The position numbers and the translations under genes were made by a program. Source: an uncultured Gammaproteobacteria bacterium (GTDB taxonomy: Bacteria; Patescibacteriota; Microgenomatia; UBA10105; UBA927). From it: a DNA stretch of 64,000 nt. The stretch is taken from assembly GCA_964361785.1 (NCBI GenBank), contig CAYIBX010000001.1, positions 5,857 to 69,856 on the forward strand. Direction: 5' to 3'. Below the pieces are notes generated by a model. That model worked only from the letters and a program-made list of their open reading frames with translations, was not told the DNA's origin and made no database searches. Below, piece by piece: positions 41,162 to 51,566 of the stretch; the stretch's first letter is position 1; the number at the start of each line of letters is the position of its first letter.

Positions 41162-42031
41162 ATGAGTAAAATATTGCAAAGCATGTTAGGTTTTTTGTAT
41201 AAGATAGTTGGACCAGATTGGGTATTTTTTATTCTCATGGGTCCTGTGGGTCAGACCCTGATAAAAATATTCATACGACTTAGTAAAGATCCGATTTGTT
41301 TTCGTTCTAAATATGGATTTGCTATGGAAGTTTCCCCTTATGAATACTGGATGAGCGGCTATATGTTTTTGGGTGAAACAAACCCGCAAGAGACAGCAGT
41401 TATTGTCAGTGTCCTTCGTGTTGGTGATACCATGATAGACGCAGGCGCGCATGCTGGTTGGTATAGTCTTGTTGCTAGCCAATGCGTAGGGAGCGAGGGA
41501 TCTGTTCTGTCATTTGAGCCCAATCCAGTATGTGCAGATGTATTGAATCGTAATATCAAAATGAACGGATTTGATAATATTCAGATTATCCAGGATGCAC
41601 TTTCCAATAAGAGTGGCACATCACGCTTGTGGGTGGGGGATGATATGGGAGGATCACTGATCAAAGATCAAGCACAACACATAACAAAAAATAAAGTGAA
41701 AAGCATTACAGTAAAAACTCTTCGACTCGATGATTTTTTGAAAAAGCAGAAAACCATAAAGAATATCCGATGCATAAAAGTTGATGTTGAGGGAGCAGAG
41801 GTAGAAGTTTTGTTAGGGGCAAAAAAAATCCTACTTCAACATAAGCCAATAATTTTAGCAGAAGTATATTGTAAAGATCAGAAGCAACTAAGAAGAAGAG
41901 ATAAACTTTTTGTGTATTTAAAATCCTTGGGTTATGAACCGTTTTTGTTCACAAGAGACGGACTGAGAATAACAGAATATACACATATCTCTCATGATAC
42001 AATCAACATTGTTTTAAAACCCCATGTTTAA
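41162..42031 (+). CDS. FkbM-family methyltransferase
   Basis: IDAGAHAGWYS, SFEPNP, LDD, IKVDVEGAE.EVL.GA. Confidence 0.85.
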   Translation: MSKILQSMLGFLYKIVGPDWVFFILMGPVGQTLIKIFIRLSKDPICFRSKYGFAMEVSPYEYWMSGYMFLGETNPQETAVIVSVLRVGDTMIDAGAHAGWYSLVASQCVGSEGSVLSFEPNPVCADVLNRNIKMNGFDNIQIIQDALSNKSGTSRLWVGDDMGGSLIKDQAQHITKNKVKSITVKTLRLDDFLKKQKTIKNIRCIKVDVEGAEVEVLLGAKKILLQHKPIILAEVYCKDQKQLRRRDKLFVYLKSLGYEPFLFTRDGLRITEYTHISHDTINIVLKPHV

Positions 42032-42314
42032 TCCTTTATTGCAGCTTACAGATTACTATGACTCTGCTCTTATTTATAAACCGAATGTTTTTTTCGTTGT
42101 ATCTCCAGTATTCATAATCATGTTGTTGTATTGGTTAGTGCGACGCATGAGTGACGTTATCATGTTTGTGCGCTATATCATTTCGTCAAAATCCTCGAAA
42201 CTGAATGCTCGGTATCGTTGGTTTAAAAATGTATACTTACAAGCTCAAAAGCAATACAAACGTATAATAAAAAAGATTGCTGATGAGATTTTACTTCCGG
42301 AGGATGAAGCATGA
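42024..42314 (+). CDS. Small single-TM hypothetical protein
   Basis: 96 aa, overlaps both neighbours, one hydrophobic segment then a basic tail. Confidence 0.5.
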   Translation: MFNPLLQLTDYYDSALIYKPNVFFVVSPVFIIMLLYWLVRRMSDVIMFVRYIISSKSSKLNARYRWFKNVYLQAQKQYKRIIKKIADEILLPEDEA

Positions 42315-42805
42315 AATATTTAGCGGTATTGTTTCTTTTGATATGTTCGTTTCTGATTCCACCGAGTGTCAATGCTCAATACAGGTATCCGTGGCCAGGC
42401 ATACTACAGGATCACCCTCTTTATAAAATCAAAGTTTTACGAAATAAGATTATCGAGAAGCTTATTTATAGCCCAGTTCGGAGGGTGGAGTACGACCTCC
42501 TGACTGCGGATAAAATGCTTTATGCAGCAGAGCTTCTGAATACAAAAGGGGAAACAAGACTGGCGAAAGAGACAATTCTTAAAGGAGAGAATTATATGAG
42601 TAAGCTGGTATCTGATTATTTTCACGCGTCTGCATCCGGGTACCGTATTCCAGAATCATTGTCAGTGCGAATAAGCCAAGCGCACGTGGCACATCAGACG
42701 TTGATTATCAATTTGGTCGCCAAAGCTGCACCACAGGACAAAAAAACCTACGAGGATGTGTTATATTTTTCGAGAAAAAATCAAGATATGCTTGAGGGGG
42801 AATGA
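42311..42805 (+). CDS. Secreted helical protein, DUF5667-like
   Basis: Signal peptide ending VNA; YPWPGILQDHPLYKIKVLRNKI...ADK. Confidence 0.65.
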   Translation: MKYLAVLFLLICSFLIPPSVNAQYRYPWPGILQDHPLYKIKVLRNKIIEKLIYSPVRRVEYDLLTADKMLYAAELLNTKGETRLAKETILKGENYMSKLVSDYFHASASGYRIPESLSVRISQAHVAHQTLIINLVAKAAPQDKKTYEDVLYFSRKNQDMLEGE

Positions 42806-42848
42806 AGCGAGAACACACAATAATTATGAGAATAATCATTTGAAGCCA

Positions 42849-45284
42849 ATGAATAGATTAAAGTTCAGTTCATTAGTTAGATTTGTTCCGATCTTATTTG
42901 CGATAGCACTTTTTGTTTTGCCATTCGTTTGGTATCGGCATGGTGAAATTGATCTTGGTGGTGATTTCAGCAGGCTGTATTTGTATGCGCCGTGGCGGTA
43001 TCTGCAGATTTTTGGGCTGTACAGCATCGTCCCTGAGGGGATTGGTCGGGTGACCCCTAATCAATATTATCTACCGTATCTTTTGTTTCTCGCGGGAATT
43101 AATCAGATTCTTCGATCACCATACTTGCTCATCCACGTATTTAGCGGTTTAAAGCTTGCGGTAGGTTTCCTTGCAATGTACGCCATTGTGAGAAACTTTG
43201 TTGGAAAACGTGCGCACCACCTCATAGCAGAGTTATCTGCTCTTCTTGCCGGAATCTTTTATATCTTTTCTCCATCAGTCATCGGCAATATGAATAACTC
43301 CTTACTATCACACGATCAGGTTTTTCTTAATCCACTCATGTTCTACTTGATGCTGCGTTTCATTCAGAGTAAGAAATGGGTATTTGTCGCTGTTGCATTT
43401 TGCGTCACTTTATTATTCTCGGGTAACTTTTCGTGGTTTAGCGCGCCTCCAATGTTTGCTTTTTATCCAATTGCGATAGTTTTTCTTATGCTGTACGCAG
43501 TAATCGTCCTAAAATCCAAAATCCCGTACAAAAAGATAGGCTTTGGCCTCGTTTTGTTTTTAGGATTACACTTATTTCATTTATTACCCGAAGCAAAAAG
43601 CCTGTTAACACAGGGAAGTTATACAAATGTTCGATTCTTTGACCGGCAGACCATTGTTCAAGAAGGCGTTCAGTACTTTATAGCAGTTCTTTCTCTTTCA
43701 AAGGCAAGCCTTAATTTTCTTTTCCCGTCGACAATCTCATTTTTTGCGCCTCTTGTGATTTTAGTCCCGCTTACAATGATTTTGGGGGTGTGCCTGAGAA
43801 AAACAAAGCATGCAGATTTACCTCTAGTGATGTCGTTTTTCGTTCTTACATTTTTTTTGGTTACGGCCAACATCACCCATATAGGCGTGGAGTTTTATAA
43901 ACGACTATTCTATATTCCAGGCTTTTCCATGTTTAGAAACTTTATCGGACAATGGCAATTCGTATATAATTTTTTTGCTGCACTTTTTCTAGGACTTGCC
44001 GCAGAACAACTCATGCTCCGTACGAAGAAATATTATGGGATGTATTTCATTTCAATTGTTCTCTTGGGCGTTATAGTTAACGCCACGCCGTTTATTTCTG
44101 GAAATTTGGCTAATCCGGTTCGCTGGGGATCAAAGGGTGTTCGTACAGCCATCATTATGGACCCTGCGTATCTAAGAGTATTAGATTACATACATGCACT
44201 ACCGTCGGACGGAAAAATTCTCACGCTTCCATTTACGGACTGGGGAGCTCAAGTGGTTCACGGACTCAATAATGCAGCCTATGTCGGTCCATCAACGATT
44301 TCTTATCTTGCAGGAAAACCGGATTTTTCAGGATACCAAATGATTGCACCGTTTCCGGAAATTTTCTTTAGACTCTCGCGAGAGAAGAATTATGCAGCTC
44401 TTCGACGTTTATTTAGGCTTCTTAATATTCGATACATTTATCACAACAGCGCGCACAATATCTATGACGACATATTTCCTCAGTTTCCTTATACCTATGC
44501 GCGACTTTCACTTCCGGACACCCAGGACGGCATGACGGAACTGGTACAGAAACTAGGCGCGAAGAAGATTTTTTCTCTGAAAAGCTATAACATATACGAG
44601 CTTTCTGATTTTCTTCCCATCGTATACGTTCCGACGTCCGTTGTGTTTTATCAGAATTCCATAAACGATTGGTACGGACAGACGGCATCGTTTTTTATAA
44701 ACGATACGTCGGTACAGCTGCGACAGGTATACGCTGATCAAAAAGATTGTGGTGTACTTGATCAACGTTTATGTGAGACAAATATACATGTCTTGCAGAA
44801 AACAACCCCAAAACTTACGATTATCCGGATCAATCCAACGCGTTACAAAATTGGCGTTTCAGGTATCACGGGTCCGTTTTTGTTAGCGTTTCTTCAAGGG
44901 TACGATAAAGCATGGACGGCGTACATTTCAGATCAGACTCAGGACGGTAGCGGTCCGTATGACCAATCATATCTTGAAGGTGACGTGAAGGAAAAAAGTG
45001 CGTCTTATGCGACCGATACACTATTTGATACCCATTTTTTTTCGACACGTGGACTCAAAGCGGTCGCTTCATCTCGACATATTCTGGTGAATGGCTATGC
45101 GAATGGATGGTATATAACCAACCAGGACATAGATGGTCGCGACGCTGTTACTATCATATTGGAGATGCGGGATCAAAAATATTTTGTCATAGGACTTACG
45201 GTTTCGTTTGCCTGTGCGCTATTTCTCACTGTCAGTATTCTGTTTAGTATAATAAGAAATCGGTTGTCGGGAAAAGATATATGA
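42849..45284 (+). CDS. Large GT-C-like membrane protein (AftD/YfhO-like) with extracellular C-terminal domain
   Basis: DLGGDFSRLY, many TMs, FSMFRNF.GQW, GKILTLP, LNIRYI, INPTRY, H..VNGYANGW, terminal TM; start ATG 42849. Confidence 0.7.
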   Translation: MNRLKFSSLVRFVPILFAIALFVLPFVWYRHGEIDLGGDFSRLYLYAPWRYLQIFGLYSIVPEGIGRVTPNQYYLPYLLFLAGINQILRSPYLLIHVFSGLKLAVGFLAMYAIVRNFVGKRAHHLIAELSALLAGIFYIFSPSVIGNMNNSLLSHDQVFLNPLMFYLMLRFIQSKKWVFVAVAFCVTLLFSGNFSWFSAPPMFAFYPIAIVFLMLYAVIVLKSKIPYKKIGFGLVLFLGLHLFHLLPEAKSLLTQGSYTNVRFFDRQTIVQEGVQYFIAVLSLSKASLNFLFPSTISFFAPLVILVPLTMILGVCLRKTKHADLPLVMSFFVLTFFLVTANITHIGVEFYKRLFYIPGFSMFRNFIGQWQFVYNFFAALFLGLAAEQLMLRTKKYYGMYFISIVLLGVIVNATPFISGNLANPVRWGSKGVRTAIIMDPAYLRVLDYIHALPSDGKILTLPFTDWGAQVVHGLNNAAYVGPSTISYLAGKPDFSGYQMIAPFPEIFFRLSREKNYAALRRLFRLLNIRYIYHNSAHNIYDDIFPQFPYTYARLSLPDTQDGMTELVQKLGAKKIFSLKSYNIYELSDFLPIVYVPTSVVFYQNSINDWYGQTASFFINDTSVQLRQVYADQKDCGVLDQRLCETNIHVLQKTTPKLTIIRINPTRYKIGVSGITGPFLLAFLQGYDKAWTAYISDQTQDGSGPYDQSYLEGDVKEKSASYATDTLFDTHFFSTRGLKAVASSRHILVNGYANGWYITNQDIDGRDAVTIILEMRDQKYFVIGLTVSFACALFLTVSILFSIIRNRLSGKDI

Positions 45285-45613
45285 TTATACAACGTTATGT
45301 GCTTCAAGCGCGAAAGTATTTACTAGCAAACAATAACGCCATCATGTCATTGTTGTCATCTATGGTATTGGTGGATATATTTATCATCCCTAGGATGTCA
45401 GATGTCCGGACGTATGGCATCCTATTTCTATATGCAATAGACACATGGGTCATTGGGAGAAAAAGTAAGACCACGTTTATTGGTTGTCTTGCATTGCTTC
45501 TTCTTATGTATGTTCTATATCTTCTTACGGGAACTTCAGAACAAACTGAAAAGGTGGCAGTGTGGCTGTTTCTTTTGTTGTTGATCGGAGTTGTTCAGAT
45601 TTGGAATGAGTAA
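45281..45613 (+). CDS. Small polytopic membrane protein
   Basis: About 4 TM; DVR; TEKVAVW motif; paralogue of the next gene. Confidence 0.65.
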   Translation: MIIQRYVLQARKYLLANNNAIMSLLSSMVLVDIFIIPRMSDVRTYGILFLYAIDTWVIGRKSKTTFIGCLALLLLMYVLYLLTGTSEQTEKVAVWLFLLLLIGVVQIWNE

Positions 45614-45625
45614 TTTTAAAGTCAC

Positions 45626-45973
45626 ATGAAAAAAGATATTCAAAAAATGATGCATGACACGGCAAAATGGATTCATGGAAATCCACTGACTTTTTTGGCA
45701 TTTGTCTCCATACTCGTTATAGCTGAAGTATTTGCTTTTCCGATTTCATTAGATGTGCGATTGTTTGGTGCACTATTTTTATATTGGTTTCTTGCTCGTA
45801 TAGGAAAGCTTACGAGTGCGCGAGTGTTTCAATTGTGTATTATTTTGTTGACTGGAATGGTTTTAGGATATCTAATCAGCGGAGCAGCAGCGACTACTGA
45901 GCGTTTGGCCGTTTGGTTTGTATTATTTTTCGTTCTCGGAATATTTACGCAGTGGCGGGAGATAACCGCATGA
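45626..45973 (+). CDS. Small polytopic membrane protein (paralogue)
   Basis: DVR, TERLAVW, Q-W-x-E end shared with 45281. Confidence 0.65.
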   Translation: MKKDIQKMMHDTAKWIHGNPLTFLAFVSILVIAEVFAFPISLDVRLFGALFLYWFLARIGKLTSARVFQLCIILLTGMVLGYLISGAAATTERLAVWFVLFFVLGIFTQWREITA

Positions 45974-48900
45974 AAGGAAAGTTGCTCCCTACGGTCATTA
46001 CGTGTATTCTTTTCATCATTCCTTTTTTTTGGCTCAAACCCGGATTTATGGATTTAGGGGGGGATTCCAGCCGATTGTACTTTTATGATCCTCTCCGATA
46101 TCTTATTAATTACTCTTTGTTTGTTGTGTCTCCCTCTGGTGGAGGCAGTGAGAATATCGGTTTTATGACGATACCATTTGTGGCTCTTTTGGCAGTAGCA
46201 AAGCGAATACTTGTCTCATCGACAGTACTTATAAGCGCATTTCATGGTTTCAGTTTAGCCGCGAGTTTTTTGTTTGTATATTTATCGGTTGTTCAACTGT
46301 TGCACACTTCCATGAAAGGCGAACGATTAAAAGAATTAGCAGCATTGGCAGGAGGGTTACTCTATGTTTTTTCACCCATTTCAATATTTGGTTGGGATAA
46401 GGTGCTTATAACCCATAATTATGTATTCCTAAACCCTGTCATGTTTTATTTGATGTTGCGATACATGGTGACTGATCGGTTTTTTTATCTTTTTTGGGCG
46501 CTTCTGGTAACTTTTATATTTTCTGCGAATTTTAGTTTTGCAGCTGCACCGGTTTTCTTTGCATTTTATCCAATTTCTCTTGTGTTGTTACTGGTGTATA
46601 AACGACGGGTATTGGATCAAGCTGTTCATTGGAGACAGCTTGGTGTGGCGAGTATTGTATTTATACTTCTTCAGGCGTTTCATATAGTGCCGCAAATTGC
46701 CAGCATGGTAACTCCTGGGAGTGTTTTGTATTCTGCTGTGTTTTCTTCCCAGGGGAAGTTTGATCGCGGACTTGGATACTTTTCCTCCATTGCGCCGAGT
46801 ATAAAAACATCGATTAATGTGATGTTACTTCCGCAGATGACGGAAGTTTCTAAACTCCTTATATTCATGATAATGCTTCCATTGACGGTTATATTAGGGT
46901 TGTTGCGAAGCGGAAAAGAGGAACAACGATTTAAGAAAACGTTCCTGTTGATCGGGGCATTCTTTATTGTGATTTTCTTTTTTGCCACAGGGAATATCAC
47001 TGATCTTGGTCTGTCGGTATATAAAAAATTATTTATACTTCCTGGATTTTCTATCTTTCGTAACTTTTATGGACAGTGGGCGGGTGCATACTTATTTTAT
47101 TATGCGGTGATTTTTGGATTAGCGCTTCCTGTCGTATTAGAGGTGTATAAGAAAGCGAAGGTGTGGCTTTTAGTTTTTGTTTTTTTGCTTCTCGTTAACG
47201 CGTGGCAGTTTATCAACGGATCTTTAACAAATCCACTTTTATGGGATGCTGACAATATTCGGATAGCTATGAATATGGATCCTAATTTTAAACTGGCTCT
47301 TGAGTATATTCGCAAATTGCCCACAGGCGGAAAAGTATTGACGCTCCCACTTACTGATTTTGGCTATCAGATTGTAGCAGGGAAAGATACTGGAGCATAT
47401 CAAGGGCCGTCGATGATTTCATATTTGGGGGGAAAACAGGATTTTTCGGGGACTGGCGAATTTGGAAGATATCGTGAACTTTTTCTTGAAAGCGTACGGG
47501 ATGGAAACATAGATGAGGTGAAGCGTATATTGGGTATCTTAAATATCAGGTATGTGTTTTATACTAGTGACCCGAAGGTGTATGATGCTTTTCTTGAGTT
47601 TCCGTATAATGACGTCAGAAAATATTTTCCCAAACGTCAGAAAGAGTATGCACAGTTTGTCGATTCGCTTGCGCTACGACTCGTAGCTTCTTTTGATAAT
47701 CGATTTTATATTTATGAACTGCCCAGTGAGAATGTGACACCTCGCATTTATATCGCAAAAAATACGACAGCCATATCGCGAGTGGTTGTAGACGCTTCTG
47801 TACCGTTAGAATTGTTGTCTGATGATATTGGTGAGTCTGCGTTTTTTGATGGATCTCAGACGCCATCATCTGCATCGGCATTTTGGTATCCAGCGGAATC
47901 GCAAAGCTCTCTTCTTGCCATGGTAAAAAATCCAGATCCGTTCAGGATCATGCACCATGCGTTCGTGACTACGTCGCCTTCGTCATTTTATTATCCGTTG
48001 ATAGTATTAAAGGAAACAGTAAAATTATGGAAATTTGGCAGAGCCAATTATTTTTCGCGTATCGACCAACAATCATTTTTATCCGCAAAGCGAATTCTTG
48101 AGTTGGAACGTTGGGGCGAGAGTATGTCGGTATTGGGAACGTTACACACACTTTCTGATTTTAACACTGCGCACAAAGAGCCCGGAGTGTCTCGTGATAG
48201 TCCTCGCCTTTGGGATGTTTCTGCATGGAAGCGTTTAAATAGTTGGGAAGCAACACTTGCGCGCTACTATAGATATTTTGACGATAATATAAAAACGATT
48301 GATGCCATAGATCAATCGCTACAATGGAAGATGGAACAAAAATTCCTACTGTCTGAATATTTGCGTCAGCACTACCGACGACTAACGCTTCTGATACAGC
48401 AGCGTGATCCCATAAAAGCACACAGAGACTATCTTGAAGAGATTACGGATATGATATTTGGAAACCTTCTTGAGAGGACCAATGCGGATCTCTCTGATTT
48501 GACTATACCGTATAGCGTGCAATTGCCGAAGGGTAACACTGAATCGTATGGTGTCTATCTTGATAAAAATACGTATGGTATAAATGAGCATTTTTCCATA
48601 ACAGTTGGGGATGAGAAGCTAGATAGTTTGATAACTGAAGAAGGTCGCTGGAATAAATTAGGCACAGTAGTGCAAACAGAAAATGATTCCCTGAATCAAA
48701 TGCGTCTGTCTTTGATTGAACCGAAAAATTTATTAACGGATAATTCAAGGATGATGCTAGAATCAGAACTTTCATCCACAGATTCAGCGAGTTTTGCGAT
48801 AGACGCGCGCTATATAAAGGGCGCAAAGGGATTGGTGTGGAAGATTGACGATTGGCAACCGCAAAGTTATTATCTTTTGACATTTGCCTATCGCACAAGC

Positions 48901-49578
48901 GGGGAGCCGTTTGTCGTTCGGACGCTAGAAAGTGAGATTCTTCGACCCGCTTCGCCCCAGAACGCTCAGCGAGGCGAGCAAGCTCAGGACGGAAAAGTTG
49001 ATAGTACAAATACGATTGTTGAAGATATGTTGAAATCTCCTACATGGGCACAGTATCAAGCAGTGGTCAGGACCAATAAGTTCGTGAATACTGGATTTAT
49101 ACAGATATCTCCATCCACCGATCACTTATCCCTTTCGCGCATAGAGCTCAAGAATGTATCGCTTGTTCATATACCGCATCCTCTCGTGATGCTTTTGAAA
49201 AACAACGAGAAGAAAATTGTGTCGCAACCGACCATATCATTCGTTCAAGTTAATCCAACGCTGTATAAAATTCATGTTTCTGGTGCAGATCAACCATATG
49301 TATTAGCATTGAGTGAAGCGTTTAATCGCAGGTGGCGCGTCTCTCTTGCTGGTTTTGATAAAGGTATCGCCAGCACGCGTCACTTTCAAGCCAATGGGTA
49401 TGCGAATGCGTGGTATATAACGCCAGAAGATGTTGATAGGCAAAGTGAATATGATTTGGAATTGTATATGAGTATGCAATCCTATTTTTATATTGGCGCG
49501 AGTATAAGTATCGTTGCATTAATCGGTTTACTATCGTATGGAATGTGGAGATATATAAAAAAATGGGGTCGCGTATGA
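45970..49578 (+). CDS. Very large GT-C-like membrane protein, paralogue of 42849, with inserted DUF5667-like and CBM-like domains
   Basis: DLGGDSSRLY, FSIFRNFYGQW, GKVLTLP, VNPTLY, H..ANGYANAW; about 390 aa longer than its paralogue. Confidence 0.7.
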   Translation: MKGKLLPTVITCILFIIPFFWLKPGFMDLGGDSSRLYFYDPLRYLINYSLFVVSPSGGGSENIGFMTIPFVALLAVAKRILVSSTVLISAFHGFSLAASFLFVYLSVVQLLHTSMKGERLKELAALAGGLLYVFSPISIFGWDKVLITHNYVFLNPVMFYLMLRYMVTDRFFYLFWALLVTFIFSANFSFAAAPVFFAFYPISLVLLLVYKRRVLDQAVHWRQLGVASIVFILLQAFHIVPQIASMVTPGSVLYSAVFSSQGKFDRGLGYFSSIAPSIKTSINVMLLPQMTEVSKLLIFMIMLPLTVILGLLRSGKEEQRFKKTFLLIGAFFIVIFFFATGNITDLGLSVYKKLFILPGFSIFRNFYGQWAGAYLFYYAVIFGLALPVVLEVYKKAKVWLLVFVFLLLVNAWQFINGSLTNPLLWDADNIRIAMNMDPNFKLALEYIRKLPTGGKVLTLPLTDFGYQIVAGKDTGAYQGPSMISYLGGKQDFSGTGEFGRYRELFLESVRDGNIDEVKRILGILNIRYVFYTSDPKVYDAFLEFPYNDVRKYFPKRQKEYAQFVDSLALRLVASFDNRFYIYELPSENVTPRIYIAKNTTAISRVVVDASVPLELLSDDIGESAFFDGSQTPSSASAFWYPAESQSSLLAMVKNPDPFRIMHHAFVTTSPSSFYYPLIVLKETVKLWKFGRANYFSRIDQQSFLSAKRILELERWGESMSVLGTLHTLSDFNTAHKEPGVSRDSPRLWDVSAWKRLNSWEATLARYYRYFDDNIKTIDAIDQSLQWKMEQKFLLSEYLRQHYRRLTLLIQQRDPIKAHRDYLEEITDMIFGNLLERTNADLSDLTIPYSVQLPKGNTESYGVYLDKNTYGINEHFSITVGDEKLDSLITEEGRWNKLGTVVQTENDSLNQMRLSLIEPKNLLTDNSRMMLESELSSTDSASFAIDARYIKGAKGLVWKIDDWQPQSYYLLTFAYRTSGEPFVVRTLESEILRPASPQNAQRGEQAQDGKVDSTNTIVEDMLKSPTWAQYQAVVRTNKFVNTGFIQISPSTDHLSLSRIELKNVSLVHIPHPLVMLLKNNEKKIVSQPTISFVQVNPTLYKIHVSGADQPYVLALSEAFNRRWRVSLAGFDKGIASTRHFQANGYANAWYITPEDVDRQSEYDLELYMSMQSYFYIGASISIVALIGLLSYGMWRYIKKWGRV
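48946..48978. repeat. GC-rich palindromic micro-element, 33 nt, in-frame (encodes PASPQNAQRGE)
   Basis: CCCGCTTCGCC CCAGAACGCTC AGCGAGGCGAG; ends identical to the 16278 element; removal leaves CTTCGACAAGCTCAGGAC. Confidence 0.75.
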
Positions 49579-51566
49579 ATAGAAAAGTTGTGCTTGTTGG
49601 ATTCGCGGCTTTTATGATTGTCATTTTTATATATCGACCATGGTTTACGGGTAGTGAAATTATTGGTGGTGATTGGCCATATCTATTTCCTGAAATGGTA
49701 AACACGATGTCGCGCGTGCCATCCTCATGGCAGGCTGGATACGGGGGAGGATTGGGAGGATTATCCCCAGCATATTTTTTGAGCACCTATAATTTCTTAT
49801 TTGCACAGATTGCCATTTTTACCGGAACTTCTTGGATAGCGATATATAAACTGTTTTGGTTTTTGTGTCCCGTAGTAATATTAGCAGTTGGTGGGTGGCG
49901 TTTGTTGGCAACGGTGTTGCCGAGTTCCTCTTTGTGGATGCGTGCGATGGCATCACTTATTTTGGCGACAAACACGTATGTGCTTATGGTAACCGGTGGT
50001 GGGCAAATGGGAGTGTTTTATGCGGTATCGATTTTTCCATGGGTGCTTTTGTCTTTTTTTCGATTTCTTCGTGATACAAGAAATCCTTGGCCGACAACAC
50101 TTATATTAGGGACAGTGTTTGGTGTTCAAGTGTCTTTAGATCCAAGAATAGCGTATTTATCCGCAATAAGCATGGTAGTGTTGTATTTTTTTGAAGGGGA
50201 CGGATGGGTAAAGTTATGGAGAAGATTACGTTTTGGCGCTGTGGCAGGTATAATAGGGATTTTGTTAAATCTATATTGGGTATTGCCGTTACTCATGCTT
50301 AAAGAGAATACGTTAGACGCATTAGGAAGTGCCTATACGACGGTTTCAGCGCTTCGATTTTTTAGCTTTGCTGATTTTTCTCACGCTCTCTCATTGCTTC
50401 ATCCTAATTGGCCGGAGAATTTGTTTGGGAAAACATATTTTTTACAACCGGAGTTTTTACTGCTTCCAATACTTGCATTTTCAAGTTTACTTTTTGTAAA
50501 AAAGTTTAAAGAGAACACATTAGTTATTGGATTTGCGGCGTTAGGATTAGTCGGAGCCTTTCTATCGAAAGGAGCCAACGAGCCGCTGGGTTTTGTGTAT
50601 GTGTGGGTTTTTGAGCATGTTCCTGGATTTGTGATGTTTCGTGATCCGACGAAATTTTATGTATTGATCATGACGTCGTATGCGGTACTTATACCAATTG
50701 CGCTGTTTTCAATCACCCAAGTGATGAAAAAATATTTGATTAAATTTTTGTGGATTGTTCCAATTGTATTTATTTGTTACTGGATTGTTTTAATTCGACC
50801 AGCAGTGAATGGGTCATTAGGCGGCACATTTACAAAACGAGAAGTGCCCACACAATATATTGCATTGAAAAAAGTGTTACAAAATGAACAAGGATTTTTT
50901 CGTACACTGTGGGTTCCTCGACAAAGTAGATTCGCTTATTCATCATCCAATCAGTTGCCGATAGAAGCTCAACCTCTTTTAGGAGCCACTGATAGCGCAT
51001 CGTTAGAACGTGCATTGCAAGCCCCGACTGTGGGAGGTCAATTAGATATGTTGAGCATCCGTTATATCATAGTTCCTTTTGATCCATATGGAGAAATATT
51101 TACTGATGACAGAAAATATAGTCAAACAAAAAGAGAAGATGTAGAGAAAGTCCTTGATACCGTGCCATGGCTTAGTAAAATTCAGTTGAATGACATCGCG
51201 ATGTACAAAACACCTCAATCGAAAGATCATTTTTCGTTAGAGAACGGAACGATTATAGATTGGCGTAAAATATCTGATGATTCGTATGAAGTTGATGTGC
51301 AGGTTTCACAAGCGACAAAGCTCATGGTTTCAGAGTCATATCATCACGGATGGCAAGCTAATATAAAGGGTGAGCTGGTAGAGGCTATCAAAGAACCATT
51401 TGGCACTATGTCGTTTGCATTACCCCAAGAAGGGTCATATACCGTTGTTATAGAGTTTGCTCCTCGTCGATGGTATTTGTTGGGAAGAATTTTATCGCTG
51501 GTCACTTTGGGTGCTATTGTTCTATGGTTATTTGTATTTCGTGTATATGCTCAAAAAAAACGCTAA
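49575..51566 (+). CDS. GT-C-like membrane protein (AftD/YfhO-like)
   Basis: GGDWP, YW.LP, LHPNWPEN.FG, KG..EPLG, PGF.MFRDPTKF, FRTLWVP, SESYHHGW, terminal TM. Confidence 0.7.
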   Translation: MNRKVVLVGFAAFMIVIFIYRPWFTGSEIIGGDWPYLFPEMVNTMSRVPSSWQAGYGGGLGGLSPAYFLSTYNFLFAQIAIFTGTSWIAIYKLFWFLCPVVILAVGGWRLLATVLPSSSLWMRAMASLILATNTYVLMVTGGGQMGVFYAVSIFPWVLLSFFRFLRDTRNPWPTTLILGTVFGVQVSLDPRIAYLSAISMVVLYFFEGDGWVKLWRRLRFGAVAGIIGILLNLYWVLPLLMLKENTLDALGSAYTTVSALRFFSFADFSHALSLLHPNWPENLFGKTYFLQPEFLLLPILAFSSLLFVKKFKENTLVIGFAALGLVGAFLSKGANEPLGFVYVWVFEHVPGFVMFRDPTKFYVLIMTSYAVLIPIALFSITQVMKKYLIKFLWIVPIVFICYWIVLIRPAVNGSLGGTFTKREVPTQYIALKKVLQNEQGFFRTLWVPRQSRFAYSSSNQLPIEAQPLLGATDSASLERALQAPTVGGQLDMLSIRYIIVPFDPYGEIFTDDRKYSQTKREDVEKVLDTVPWLSKIQLNDIAMYKTPQSKDHFSLENGTIIDWRKISDDSYEVDVQVSQATKLMVSESYHHGWQANIKGELVEAIKEPFGTMSFALPQEGSYTVVIEFAPRRWYLLGRILSLVTLGAIVLWLFVFRVYAQKKR

